Assembly: GCF_009914755.1 (NCBI RefSeq)
Contig: NC_060936.1
Strand: one strand, 5' to 3'
Length of the DNA stretch: 64,000 nucleotides
Origin: the human T2T-CHM13v2.0 reference genome, Homo sapiens
The stretch's first letter is position 1; the number at the start of each line of letters is the position of its first letter. The position numbers and the translations under genes are program-made. The notes beneath the pieces are model-generated. The model saw only the letters and a program-made list of their open reading frames with translations. It was not told where the DNA came from and did not search any database. Of this stretch, positions 63,576 to 64,000 are shown piece by piece.

Positions 63576-64000
63576 TACACGAAATATGCAGTGGGAGTTC
63601 TAGAAGGTCAGTAAAGAGAGAAAGAGGCAGAAAAGAAGTTTTGAAGAAATAATCGCCAAAAACTTCCCTAATTTAATGAAAAACATTAATTGACACATCT
63701 AAACAGCCCAACAAATCCAAAGAAACCTGCAAATGCTGAAACACAAAGAGGAAATCTTTAAAAAGGAGCGAGAGAAAAATGACTTCACATACAGGGCAAC
63801 AACAATATTATTAACGTTGATTTCTCATCAGAAATGACATGGAAAAAACAAATTTTTTTAAAGAAACACAAAAAACTCACCACTAAAAATTCTATATTCA
63901 GCAAAACTGCCCTTCAAAAATGAAGATGAAATAAAGACATTTTCAGATAGATAACCAAAGACGAAGACAAGTCGCTGCTGTGAGACATGCCTTATGAGAA

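Overview
Primate (human-like) intronic genomic DNA that is AT-rich and repeat-dense, with no prokaryotic-type systems. The window lies inside the 5' half of CEP83 (CCDC41, a centriolar distal-appendage coiled-coil protein) on the minus strand. One 53-nt non-coding exon (52098-52150) and four coding exons (29147-29420, 28526-28676, 20000-20092, 17679-17810) splice GT-AG into one frame encoding the first 183 aa. The promoter and the later exons lie outside the window. The 5'-UTR intron carries a processed RBMS2 retrocopy (RBMS2P1) in the same orientation as CEP83. It keeps a 450-codon ORF with both RRMs, a poly(A) tail and a 15-bp TSD, and is nested in an LTR47-like LTR. The rest is a layered transposon record: a near full-length L1PA5-like element, L1PB- and L1MA-like elements, older L1M/L2/MIR pieces, solo LTRs (MER11, LTR10, LTR47, MER34/39-like, MLT1), DNA transposons (MER47, Tigger3a, MER1B, MER30, Tigger1, Tigger4, MER6) and about 27 Alus. 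The most interesting leads are: (1) a possibly expressible RBMS2 retrogene behind a ~170-nt AG-free polypyrimidine tract, downstream of a CEP83 UTR exon; (2) that UTR exon appears exonised from an antisense LTR and brings a uORF; (3) an L1 antisense promoter/ORF0 that points into the downstream CEP83 exons. Gene identities and repeat subfamily names come from recall of protein and consensus sequences and were not checked by any search. I found no unequivocally new biological system.
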